Below the pieces are notes generated by a model. It was not told the origin of the DNA. It saw only the letters and a program-made list of their open reading frames with translations, and searched no databases. A stretch of 64,000 nt of DNA from Escherichia phage ECD7: sequence record NC_041936.1. One strand, 5' to 3'. The position numbers and the translations under genes were made by a program. Below, one piece after another: positions 19,002-25,809 of this stretch. Every line of letters begins with the position of its first letter. Within the stretch, counting starts at the first letter, position 1.

Positions 19002-19717
19002 TATAGATCCTTATTGGCTTCAAATACTGCCTTTGCGAATCCTCGCGGCGTAAGTGACCTGATAGTCTTTGTTCTGGTTCCTTTCCCGCCTAGCTTAGAA
19101 TGCTGTTTGCTGTACCCTTTATTAATCTGCAACGGTTTCTTTTCTGGCATTATAAAGCCTTGTCCGGTCCATAAGCAAGTCTTTTTCGGGTACATATCAC
19201 GGGCGGCAATATACTCAGGAAACGTAGGATGCTTATCATCTTCCGGCAAATAACCGCCATATTCCCACGGATGGAACATGTAATCAGGCTTACGCCACAT
19301 ACTAGAGATAACGCTTACAGGATTCTCTATCATATAGGGAACTCCTAGCCATTCACCCAAATAAGCGGTTATTTTAGCTGCCCGTACATCATGAACTTGA
19401 ATCAATGGTCCTTGTTCTCGTTTCTTTCGTTCAAAGTGTGCAGCGCCACTAACAGCTAAATTGGTGCACGGTGGGAATGCAAATATAATATCCGGTTTCC
19501 CCCATTCAAGGTCCATTGCTCTTTCCAGCCAGTTCAAATCAATCCAGGTGTTTACATAGGTAATGTTTGGATGTTCAAATCTGGTATTATACTTTTTGTA
19601 TGTACCGTGGTCGGCGTCATCCGCATTAAAGCAGACTACCTTATGACCTGCTTTAGCCCATTCTAGCCCCATTATCCCCGATCCGTCAAAGTTGCAGAAT
19701 ATTAATTTTTGTTTCAT
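19001..19717 (-). CDS. compact C5-cytosine methyltransferase-like protein
   Basis: 238 aa; FCNFDGSGIMG (motif I-like FxGxG), DIIFAFPPCTNLAVSG (motif IV PC-like), MIENPVS (motif VI ENV-like); no obvious target-recognition domain. Confidence 0.55.
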   Translation of the reverse strand: MKQKLIFCNFDGSGIMGLEWAKAGHKVVCFNADDADHGTYKKYNTRFEHPNITYVNTWIDLNWLERAMDLEWGKPDIIFAFPPCTNLAVSGAAHFERKKREQGPLIQVHDVRAAKITAYLGEWLGVPYMIENPVSVISSMWRKPDYMFHPWEYGGYLPEDDKHPTFPEYIAARDMYPKKTCLWTGQGFIMPEKKPLQINKGYSKQHSKLGGKGTRTKTIRSLTPRGFAKAVFEANKDL

Positions 19718-19959
19718 ATACGACCCTTTAACCCAGCACAGATTTTAGTCGGTTCTTTACCGTGCCACATTAAGTAAAGTCCGTTAGTGCGGCCTTGTTT
19801 TGTATATGATTCTTTTCTGATCTTCTTATAGTATCGTGCTTCCTCAGCCGATTGTTTAGAATGCCGATCATAAAGGAAGAGGAACAAAGGCCAACCATTA
19901 GCGGCCTTAATGCAGTTATTAAGAAATTCCTTATTGCGTTTAATTAATTTTCTTTTCAC
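19714..19959 (-). CDS. hypothetical basic protein
   Basis: 81-aa ORF, overlapping stop/start with neighbours in the same operon. Confidence 0.5.
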   Translation of the reverse strand: MKRKLIKRNKEFLNNCIKAANGWPLFLFLYDRHSKQSAEEARYYKKIRKESYTKQGRTNGLYLMWHGKEPTKICAGLKGRI

Positions 19960-20207
19960 GCTGCCCCCATTGGTTTGATAGTAACAGAATCTAAAAGACC
20001 TTTGTTAGCCAGTTCGCGGCAAGTTTTCAGATCCGTAACTTCCCAGCCAGCCGCAATCAGGTTATCAATGAGGCTGTTAGCAACTTCCTCGCTCATGAAA
20101 GAGCACTGTTTGCCGATGGTGTAGCGCACACGCTGTAATTTCAGTTTACGGAAGCCTTTAACGTTCAGGTCTTTAGCGATTTTCTTTGCGGTTTCGATGT
20201 TAGCCAT
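19956..20207 (-). CDS. hypothetical small early protein
   Basis: 83 aa, first gene after promoter cassette at 20208-20276. Confidence 0.5.
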   Translation of the reverse strand: MANIETAKKIAKDLNVKGFRKLKLQRVRYTIGKQCSFMSEEVANSLIDNLIAAGWEVTDLKTCRELANKGLLDSVTIKPMGAA

Positions 20208-20276
20208 TGTTTGATTCTCCTAAGTGGTATCTCGTCTTGATGGTTGTATTGTAGGGGAGTTATCCTCCCCTGTCAA
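20208..20276 (-). promoter_or_regulatory. early promoter cassette (PeSL-like) 2
   Basis: TTGACA, 17-bp spacer with palindrome GGGGAGGATAACTCCCC, TACAAT, leader, GGAGAATCAAACAATG. Confidence 0.55.
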
Positions 20277-20290
20277 CACTTTTTATAAAA

Positions 20291-20458
20291 TTATTTGTTA
20301 ATTTCTGGTGCGTTGCTCGGATAGTAACCTTCTTTAACGCCCAGGTATTTCGCAACCATCCCTACAATCTTCTGTGCTACTACAATGTCAAATTTCAGAT
20401 AATCTTCGCCGTGGGTTTCAATGATATATGCTTCACATGCTGCTTTAGTCTCGAACAT
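20291..20458 (-). CDS. hypothetical 55-aa protein (copy 1 of duplicated gene)
   Basis: read by eye: MFETKAACEAYIIETHGEDYLKFDIVVAQKIVGMVAKYLGVKEGYYPSNAPEINK; near-identical paralog at 23549-23716; own promoter cassette. Confidence 0.5.
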   Translation of the reverse strand: MFETKAACEAYIIETHGEDYLKFDIVVAQKIVGMVAKYLGVKEGYYPSNAPEINK

Positions 20459-20520
20459 TTTGATTCTCCTATTTCGTTTCGGTATGGGTGTATTATAGGG
20501 GATCTCCCGATCCCCGTCAA
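20459..20520 (-). promoter_or_regulatory. early promoter cassette (PeSL-like) 3
   Basis: TTGACG, spacer GGGGATCGGGAGATCCCC, TATAAT, leader CCGAAACGAAAT, GGAGAATCAAAATG. Confidence 0.6.
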
Positions 20521-20534
20521 CAACTTTTTTAAAA

Positions 20535-20816
20535 TTATTCGTGATTAGTTTCGATGTTGTGCATTTTGCACCAGTTCAGCCAATCGCCCAGATCTTGATA
20601 GTTGATGCTTTTATCTGCTGCCATCGTTTTTGTCTTGATACCCATATGTGCGTTATGAGTAAGCATTTTTACAGTGAACTCAATTTTATCGCCTTTAGCT
20701 TTAACATCAACCAGTTTGGTCCACTGGCTACCAGCGCCGCGAATGTTCATGCCAACGATGTTTCCGATGTATGCTTCTTTGTTTTTCAGGATTTCGGTTG
20801 CTTTGATGAATTTCAT
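20535..20816 (-). CDS. hypothetical small early protein
   Basis: 93 aa, promoter cassette upstream. Confidence 0.55.
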   Translation of the reverse strand: MKFIKATEILKNKEAYIGNIVGMNIRGAGSQWTKLVDVKAKGDKIEFTVKMLTHNAHMGIKTKTMAADKSINYQDLGDWLNWCKMHNIETNHE

Positions 20817-20878
20817 TTTTGATTCTCCAGTTCGTTTCGGTATGGGTGTATTATGCTATGTTCTTACTTTGGTGTCAA
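20817..20878 (-). promoter_or_regulatory. early promoter cassette 4
   Basis: TTGACA, 17 bp, CATAAT, conserved leader and GGAGAATCAAAA ATG; spacer not palindromic here. Confidence 0.55.
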
Positions 20879-20885
20879 CAACTTT

Positions 20886-21155
20886 TTAGATATTTTCAGA
20901 AATAAATTTTAAAACTTGACGTAAATGTTTCTCATCTTTGATAGTCGCCGGAAGTTCTTCTTTTACTTCCTGTGCAAGATAGATATTTCCGTTCCAAGTG
21001 AAAGATCCGTCTTCGTTTACGCGATAGCTGAACATCCACTCGCAATCATTTTCGATTTCATATACACACAGAAGGGTGTAATCGTTAAAGCTATTGATTT
21101 CAAGGTCGAAGCCGTGACGTTTTGCAAAGTTGGTAGTGGTTTTAGTCAGTGCCAT
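20886..21155 (-). CDS. hypothetical small early protein
   Basis: 89 aa, promoter cassette upstream. Confidence 0.55.
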   Translation of the reverse strand: MALTKTTTNFAKRHGFDLEINSFNDYTLLCVYEIENDCEWMFSYRVNEDGSFTWNGNIYLAQEVKEELPATIKDEKHLRQVLKFISENI

Positions 21156-21224
21156 TGTTTGATTCTCCTAAGTGGTATCTAGTTTCGATGGGTGTATTAT
21201 GCTATACACAGGATCTGGTGTCAA
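21156..21224 (-). promoter_or_regulatory. early promoter cassette 5
   Basis: TTGACA, 17 bp, CATAAT, leader CATCGAAAC.., GGAGAATCAAACAATG. Confidence 0.55.
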
Positions 21225-21248
21225 TGCCTTTTTTAAAATTTTATGCAA

Positions 21249-21274
21249 TAAAAAAGCCGACGCTATGGTCGGCT
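21249..21274 (-). terminator. rho-independent terminator
   Basis: AGCCGACCATAGCGTCGGCT hairpin followed by TTTTTTATT on minus strand. Confidence 0.6.
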
Positions 21275-21281
21275 AATAAAA

Positions 21282-21590
21282 TCATTTAGACAAATAATCA
21301 TTCTGTGCAATCCGGTCGGCGTATGCTGGTGTTATGTCAATCGCCAGCACTTTAACGCGTGCTTTCTTGCGACCTGGGTTTTCTCGTAACCAGTGCTCAT
21401 GACCGTGAATATTTTTATACTGCGATGCTTCTTCGAAGGTACGGATCGGACCTGGGTAATCAGCGTAAAGGATCTCTAGATCTTCGGTGATGTAAAAATA
21501 TACATCGTAATTGCTGTTCTCTAGCTTAAGCAGAGACTTTCGGAACATTGGGAGATTTTCGCGGGTAAATTCAAAGATATTATCTTTCAT
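21282..21590 (-). CDS. HxHW-family small protein (paralog 1)
   Basis: 102 aa; ..YFYITEDLEILY..HGHEHW..VKVLAIDI..; terminator downstream. Confidence 0.55.
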   Translation of the reverse strand: MKDNIFEFTRENLPMFRKSLLKLENSNYDVYFYITEDLEILYADYPGPIRTFEEASQYKNIHGHEHWLRENPGRKKARVKVLAIDITPAYADRIAQNDYLSK

Positions 21591-21613
21591 AGTATTATCC
21601 TCAATAGTTGGAT

Positions 21614-21636
21614 GAAAAGGGGCGTTAACGCCCCCA
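21614..21636 (-). terminator. rho-independent terminator
   Basis: GGGGCGTTAACGCCCC hairpin then TTTTCAT on minus strand. Confidence 0.5.
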
Positions 21637-21640
21637 TATA

Positions 21641-21928
21641 TTAAAACAGTCCTTCCTGTACACCGTAGTAGAGTTCGTCGCTGATAATTTCATTAATGCG
21701 ACGGTGTGCATATTCCTGATTTGCGAAGTTGTCAGCAAGTTCTACTTTAGTTTCGCCGTCATGAGTCCATTTAGTGATAACTTTACCATCTGCAAATTTG
21801 AAGTTGAACTCTTTAGCTACTGCATCGCGTACCAGACGTGCAAACTTATTGTTGCGGATTGCATTGTCGGTTTCGTGTGCAGCGTGAGCAAATTTGTTAA
21901 CTTTCAGAGTGATAGTGATGTATGCCAT
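21641..21928 (-). CDS. hypothetical small early protein (VAKEFN family)
   Basis: 95 aa; shares VAKEFNFK block with ORF 24934-25245; promoter cassette upstream, terminator downstream. Confidence 0.55.
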   Translation of the reverse strand: MAYITITLKVNKFAHAAHETDNAIRNNKFARLVRDAVAKEFNFKFADGKVITKWTHDGETKVELADNFANQEYAHRRINEIISDELYYGVQEGLF

Positions 21929-22003
21929 AATTTGATTCTCCTAGTTAGAAAGTGTATCTCGTTTCGATGGGGATATTATGCTATACCCCCGATCTGGTGT
22001 CAA
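21929..22003 (-). promoter_or_regulatory. early promoter cassette 6
   Basis: TTGACA, 17 bp, CATAAT, leader ..CATCGAAACGAGATAC.., GGAGAATCAAATTATG. Confidence 0.55.
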
Positions 22004-22009
22004 CACTTT

Positions 22010-22288
22010 TTATAAAATAATTTTTTGATATTTTTCTATGATGTTCGTGTAAGTCACATCAACCGCTAGCACCGTTGCTTCGAATCCACCGTTTAGCCAA
22101 TGGCTATGATCATGGTCGTGAAAGAAACCTAGTCCAGTACGAAGACCTTCTTTATATTCTGCGCGTACATTCAGTTTGTCGTCGATAAACAGATAAAACC
22201 ATGAATTTTTACTAGGATTGATGATACAACCTTTCAGATTAGGGAGAATATCACGACTAAGAATAAATTTATCACCTACTTTGAACAT
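22010..22288 (-). CDS. HxHW-family small protein (paralog 2)
   Basis: start set to ATG (MFKVGDK..) with GAGGA SD; ..FYLFIDDKLNV..HDHSHW..TVLAVDV.. Confidence 0.55.
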   Translation of the reverse strand: MFKVGDKFILSRDILPNLKGCIINPSKNSWFYLFIDDKLNVRAEYKEGLRTGLGFFHDHDHSHWLNGGFEATVLAVDVTYTNIIEKYQKIIL

Positions 22289-22292
22289 AATA

Positions 22293-22613
22293 TTAGTCCT
22301 CACTTATAAGGTCAAACCAATTGTTTTTCGCATAATGCTTAATGCGTGCTTGATCTGCTTCCGCTGGTGATAGATTCCATGCAACCACTACAACTTCTGA
22401 CGCATCGTCATCAGTTTCTGATACCCAATGATTGTGATTCATACAGTTATTTGCTATCGAGTGAGCAAATGATTTCATCACTGGAGACGTATAATCATAG
22501 TAACGGATTTTCAGATTTTCATCAACATACAAATAGATCGTATAAGGTTTATATTCAGTAACCAGTAACAGACAGTTACGCAATTCTGGGAAAATCTTTT
22601 TAGTTAATTTCAT
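22293..22613 (-). CDS. HxHW-family small protein (paralog 3)
   Basis: 106 aa; ..YLYVDENLKIRY..NHNHW.. Confidence 0.5.
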   Translation of the reverse strand: MKLTKKIFPELRNCLLLVTEYKPYTIYLYVDENLKIRYYDYTSPVMKSFAHSIANNCMNHNHWVSETDDDASEVVVVAWNLSPAEADQARIKHYAKNNWFDLISED

Positions 22614-22815
22614 ATTCTAGTTCTCCGTAATACACAGTAATCCATTTTTCTTCATACTTTGTATCTTTCCAGCACACAACCCCGTTTACTGTGCAATCTT
22701 TGGAATTGACGAATGATTCATATTGTTCTGCATCTTCCATCATTTCATGAGCGGTCTTTTCATCGAATATATCGCAGATCGCTTTATATGCTCGATAATC
22801 TTTAAATTTGCTCAT
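22600..22815 (-). CDS. hypothetical small protein (MSKFKDY tandem paralog a)
   Basis: start set to ATG MSKFKDYRAYK; paralogous to next ORF. Confidence 0.5.
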   Translation of the reverse strand: MSKFKDYRAYKAICDIFDEKTAHEMMEDAEQYESFVNSKDCTVNGVVCWKDTKYEEKWITVYYGELEYEIN

Positions 22816-22817
22816 AA

Positions 22818-23027
22818 TTAACACCACTCAAGAGTTTTTGAAAACACATCTATCCATTGTTGAGTATATGCGGTTTCTTTCCATGATACAATACCAGTCG
22901 AATAATGGTTTTTGTTTCCAGAAAAGGACGGGCATTTTGATGCATCTTCCATCATCTTTTCGGCGAACTCTGGTGCGTATACTCGCAAGATCTGTTGATA
23001 TGCTTTGTAGTCTTTAAATTTGCTCAT
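22818..23027 (-). CDS. hypothetical small protein (MSKFKDY tandem paralog b)
   Basis: 69 aa MSKFKDYKAYQQ...; tandem duplicate of 22600-22815. Confidence 0.5.
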   Translation of the reverse strand: MSKFKDYKAYQQILRVYAPEFAEKMMEDASKCPSFSGNKNHYSTGIVSWKETAYTQQWIDVFSKTLEWC

Positions 23028-23292
23028 AATCGTTAACTACCTTATCAGCTTCTTTTATTGTTTTTACATCAACTGCGATAATACGTAAAGGTTCGTCGAA
23101 GGTCCACCAATGATCGTGAATATCAGCTTGTGATTTATCACCAAAGGAATCACGAATATCATTTTTACATTTATAGCTAATGTGACCGTTATAGTCAACA
23201 TAAAGGTAATTATCGAAAATCGGCGTTTTTAAGATCATACCGAAAAATCTTTCTTTGTGTGTCTTATCCAGCGTTGCAGTAATTCGCATCAT
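23014..23292 (-). CDS. HxHW-family small protein (paralog 4)
   Basis: 92 aa; ..YLYVDYNGHISY..HDHWW..RIIAVDV.. Confidence 0.55.
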   Translation of the reverse strand: MMRITATLDKTHKERFFGMILKTPIFDNYLYVDYNGHISYKCKNDIRDSFGDKSQADIHDHWWTFDEPLRIIAVDVKTIKEADKVVNDYEQI

Positions 23293-23304
23293 AATATATT
23301 CCTC

Positions 23305-23484
23305 TTAGAAAGGGATGGTCATTTCTTGAGCTTGTACATTCTCGTTAGGATTAAACTTCATCCAACCGATATTGTCTACCAGCATATACACATTTTTATC
23401 ATATCCTACGTGAGTAGTCAACACTAAATGTGCTTTACCTTCAACGATGATTTCCATGTACTTCTGAACTTCGATAGCTTTCAT
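23305..23484 (-). CDS. hypothetical 59-aa protein
   Basis: read by eye (MKAIEVQKYMEII...), ATG directly after promoter cassette; under 60 aa so absent from track. Confidence 0.45.
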   Translation of the reverse strand: MKAIEVQKYMEIIVEGKAHLVLTTHVGYDKNVYMLVDNIGWMKFNPNENVQAQEMTIPF

Positions 23485-23545
23485 TTTGATTCTCCGTTTG
23501 TTGTCTTGATGGGAGTATCTTACTACTCCCTTTAATCATTGTCAA
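23485..23545 (-). promoter_or_regulatory. early promoter cassette (PeSL-like) 7
   Basis: TTGACA, spacer then inverted repeat GGGAGTAGTAAGATACTCCC overlapping a TAAGAT -10, leader, GGAGAATCAAAATG. Confidence 0.5.
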
Positions 23546-23548
23546 CGA

Positions 23549-23716
23549 TTATTTGTTAATTTCCGGTGCGTTGCTTGGATAGTAACCTTCTTTAACACCC
23601 AGATATTTTGCAACCATTCCGGTGATCTTCTGTGCCACTACGATATCGAATTTCAGGTAGTCTTCACCGTGGGTTGCTACAATGTATGCTTCGCATTCTG
23701 CTTTAGTCTGGAACAT
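23549..23716 (-). CDS. hypothetical 55-aa protein (copy 2 of duplicated gene)
   Basis: MFQTKAECEAYIVATHGEDYLKFDIVVAQKITGMVAKYLGVKEGYYPSNAPEINK; roughly 85-90 percent nt identity by eye to 20291-20458. Confidence 0.5.
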   Translation of the reverse strand: MFQTKAECEAYIVATHGEDYLKFDIVVAQKITGMVAKYLGVKEGYYPSNAPEINK

Positions 23717-23778
23717 TTTGATTCTCCTTTATCTCGTTGGTATGTGTGCATTATAGGGGATCACCGATCCCCTGTCAA
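23717..23778 (-). promoter_or_regulatory. early promoter cassette (PeSL-like) 8
   Basis: TTGACA, GGGGATCGGTGATCCCC, TATAAT, leader, GGAGAATCAAAATG; duplicated with cassette 3 together with its gene. Confidence 0.6.
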
Positions 23779-23783
23779 CAACT

Positions 23784-24079
23784 TTATAATGCTTTATATG
23801 CGTATTTCATAAATTTGTCTGCCACTTCATTGGCATGTTCAGATTCTACGCCTGATTCGAGAACAATAGCTAGGTCGGTTTCGTCATTCCCGCCGTACCA
23901 ATGATTTGATGTTCGATTTTTTTCAATTGGAAATTGGTCACTTTTATCTGTGCGACAAAATACATCTAAATGCTCGTCGATGTAAAAGATCCAATCTTCA
24001 TAAAGAATAACGGTATTAGCCAGATTTTTATTGCCTTCAACGAAAGGTTCGGCTACAAACAAATTAGTATGTTCCATAG
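23784..24079 (-). CDS. HxHW-family small protein (paralog 5)
   Basis: start set to ATG MEHTNLFV.. (SD GAGGAAAT); ..ILYEDWIFYIDEHLDV..SNHW..LAIVLE. Confidence 0.5.
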
Positions 24080-24093
24080 TAATTTCCTCAAAA

Positions 24094-24285
24094 TTATACA
24101 GCTTCGTAAACTTCCCAATGTCCAACACCAGCACGCTTAACGAAAAGGTTTTCTTTGATGTTATTCATAAACGTCTGGATGGATTTAATGCGGTTTGAAG
24201 GTTTCCATTCTTCGTTGGCATTGCGTCGATACATCATAACATTACCAGTTCGCTTATATTCAGCAACCATTTTAAGACCACACAT
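24094..24285 (-). CDS. hypothetical small protein
   Basis: 63-aa ORF in same transcription unit. Confidence 0.45.
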   Translation of the reverse strand: MCGLKMVAEYKRTGNVMMYRRNANEEWKPSNRIKSIQTFMNNIKENLFVKRAGVGHWEVYEAV

Positions 24286-24342
24286 AATATTATCCTCAAT
24301 TTGCGGGAGAGTATTACCCCTCCCAATGATTGTTATGTTATA

Positions 24343-24663
24343 TCACACAAAATGGCGTGTCAATGCTTCTTTTGCGGTTCCGCTAAGACTTTCGATCTCG
24401 CCTGGCATAACATCAACCGCCAGAACTTCTACAACATCCTCGGACCCTAACCAGTGAGTATGGCCTTTGTAGAACTTGATAACCAGACTACCTTCCTCGT
24501 CCCATTTAACGCTATCGCTAGCCCACCACACATCACCGTCGATAAAGTTGATGTAAAGCACACTACGCAACATTGAATTAATTACTTTCAATACTGCGCC
24601 TTTCATCTCTTCCACGGTATGGTCTTCCATTTTGAAGACCATACCTACCTGAACTTTTGCCAT
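24343..24663 (-). CDS. HxHW-family small protein (paralog 6)
   Basis: 106 aa; ..LYINFIDGDVWW..KGHTHWLGSEDVVEVLAVDV.. Confidence 0.55.
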   Translation of the reverse strand: MAKVQVGMVFKMEDHTVEEMKGAVLKVINSMLRSVLYINFIDGDVWWASDSVKWDEEGSLVIKFYKGHTHWLGSEDVVEVLAVDVMPGEIESLSGTAKEALTRHFV

Positions 24664-24680
24664 TTAGTCACCTCTCTTTA

Positions 24681-24860
24681 TTACATAACAATCACGCCAG
24701 CCGTTGAAAGTTGATGTTTCAACTGAGCATTTTCTGCTACCGTCAAATCAATGATTTCTTGTGACGCTGCAATCATATATCCATTGGTGATATTGTTTTG
24801 CATCAGTTCAATGGTTTCTTCGTTGTAGCGGATTTTAGCGATGATTTCGTTGAAGTTCAT
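24681..24860 (-). CDS. hypothetical 59-aa protein
   Basis: read by eye (MNFNEIIAKIRYNEETIELMQ...), ATG directly after promoter cassette. Confidence 0.45.
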   Translation of the reverse strand: MNFNEIIAKIRYNEETIELMQNNITNGYMIAASQEIIDLTVAENAQLKHQLSTAGVIVM

Positions 24861-24924
24861 GATTGATTCTCCTAGTTCGTTTCGGTATGTGTGTAGTATA
24901 GGGGATCTCCCGATCCCCTGTCAA
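24861..24924 (-). promoter_or_regulatory. early promoter cassette (PeSL-like) 9
   Basis: TTGACA, GGGGATCGGGAGATCCCC, TATACT, leader ..CCGAAACGAAC.., GGAGAATCAATCATG. Confidence 0.6.
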
Positions 24925-24933
24925 CAACTTTTT

Positions 24934-25245
24934 TTAAAGTTTTTCCATGATAACGGTCATAATTACATCTTCTGCGCGAGCGGTCAGATTATCAGCGTCA
25001 GCATGTGGGCGGTTGGTTGTTACAGAGATAACACCGTTGCGCACTGGTTTGATATTGATATCAAGATGATCCGCGAAACGTTCGCCAGTTACAGAATGAA
25101 TTTTGGTGTTAAATTCTTTTGCCAGTGCCTTGCGAACTTCACGAATCAGGGTAGCGTTTTTCAGTTGGTTCTCCGCGCTCATGGTCTTCTGGGTGTTCAT
25201 GGTTCCGTCGAAGTCAATCATTGGCAGCGTTACGATGTATTTCAT
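24934..25245 (-). CDS. hypothetical small early protein (VAKEFN family)
   Basis: 103 aa; LAKEFNTK block shared with 21641-21928; promoter cassette upstream. Confidence 0.55.
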   Translation of the reverse strand: MKYIVTLPMIDFDGTMNTQKTMSAENQLKNATLIREVRKALAKEFNTKIHSVTGERFADHLDINIKPVRNGVISVTTNRPHADADNLTARAEDVIMTVIMEKL

Positions 25246-25319
25246 TTTTGATTCTCCGTTTAAGAAAGTGTGTTTCGTTTTGATGTGTGTAGTATAGGGG
25301 ATACGTGATCCCCTGTCAA
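25246..25319 (-). promoter_or_regulatory. early promoter cassette (PeSL-like) 10
   Basis: TTGACA, GGGGATCACGTATCCCC, TATACT, leader, GGAGAATCAAAAATG. Confidence 0.6.
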
Positions 25320-25332
25320 CAACTTTTTTGAA

Positions 25333-25809
25333 TTATTTTTCTTGATGCTCGCGCTCGTACTTTTCGAAATAAAATTCTACTGGCTGGTCATGAATTGACA
25401 GCAAGCCAAAGCGTTTAGCCGCTCGCAATCCCATATTGCGCTGAATGTACTTCTGGAAGTTCTCGCGTATACACTTACGCCAGTATTCTAAGCCCATACA
25501 GCTTTTATAAAGATTGCATTGTACACACGCCGGATTCATGTTATCAAGTATATCATGTTCCGGTTTATGCATTCCTACAACCTTATACTTCCACGACCCA
25601 TCATCATTACGGGCAATTCGTCCATTTTCATCATAGACTACCTTTGAGCGTCGCAATACTGGTTTGATATGGTCTGCGTGCCAGCGATCCCCTAGTTCCT
25701 CGCCACAATAGGCACAACGCCCACCGTATTTCATTTTCAGGATCTGGCGTTGCTCTTTCTTTGACAATTTTTTAGGTTTAGGGGCTTTCGCCCCTTCATT
25801 ATCACACAT
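25333..25809 (-). CDS. HNH endonuclease (free-standing, homing-type)
   Basis: CAYCG..DRWHADHIKP..N..CVQCN: HNH motif with paired CxxC zinc knuckles; start overlaps ligase stop. Confidence 0.7.
   Translation of the reverse strand: MCDNEGAKAPKPKKLSKKEQRQILKMKYGGRCAYCGEELGDRWHADHIKPVLRRSKVVYDENGRIARNDDGSWKYKVVGMHKPEHDILDNMNPACVQCNLYKSCMGLEYWRKCIRENFQKYIQRNMGLRAAKRFGLLSIHDQPVEFYFEKYEREHQEK

Noticed and set aside
20200-25330. Possible CRISPR array, given regularly spaced repeats
   Set aside because: The repeats are promoter cassettes (-35/-10/SD) of about 60-75 bp separated by protein-coding ORFs of variable length, not 25-40 bp repeats with uniform spacers.
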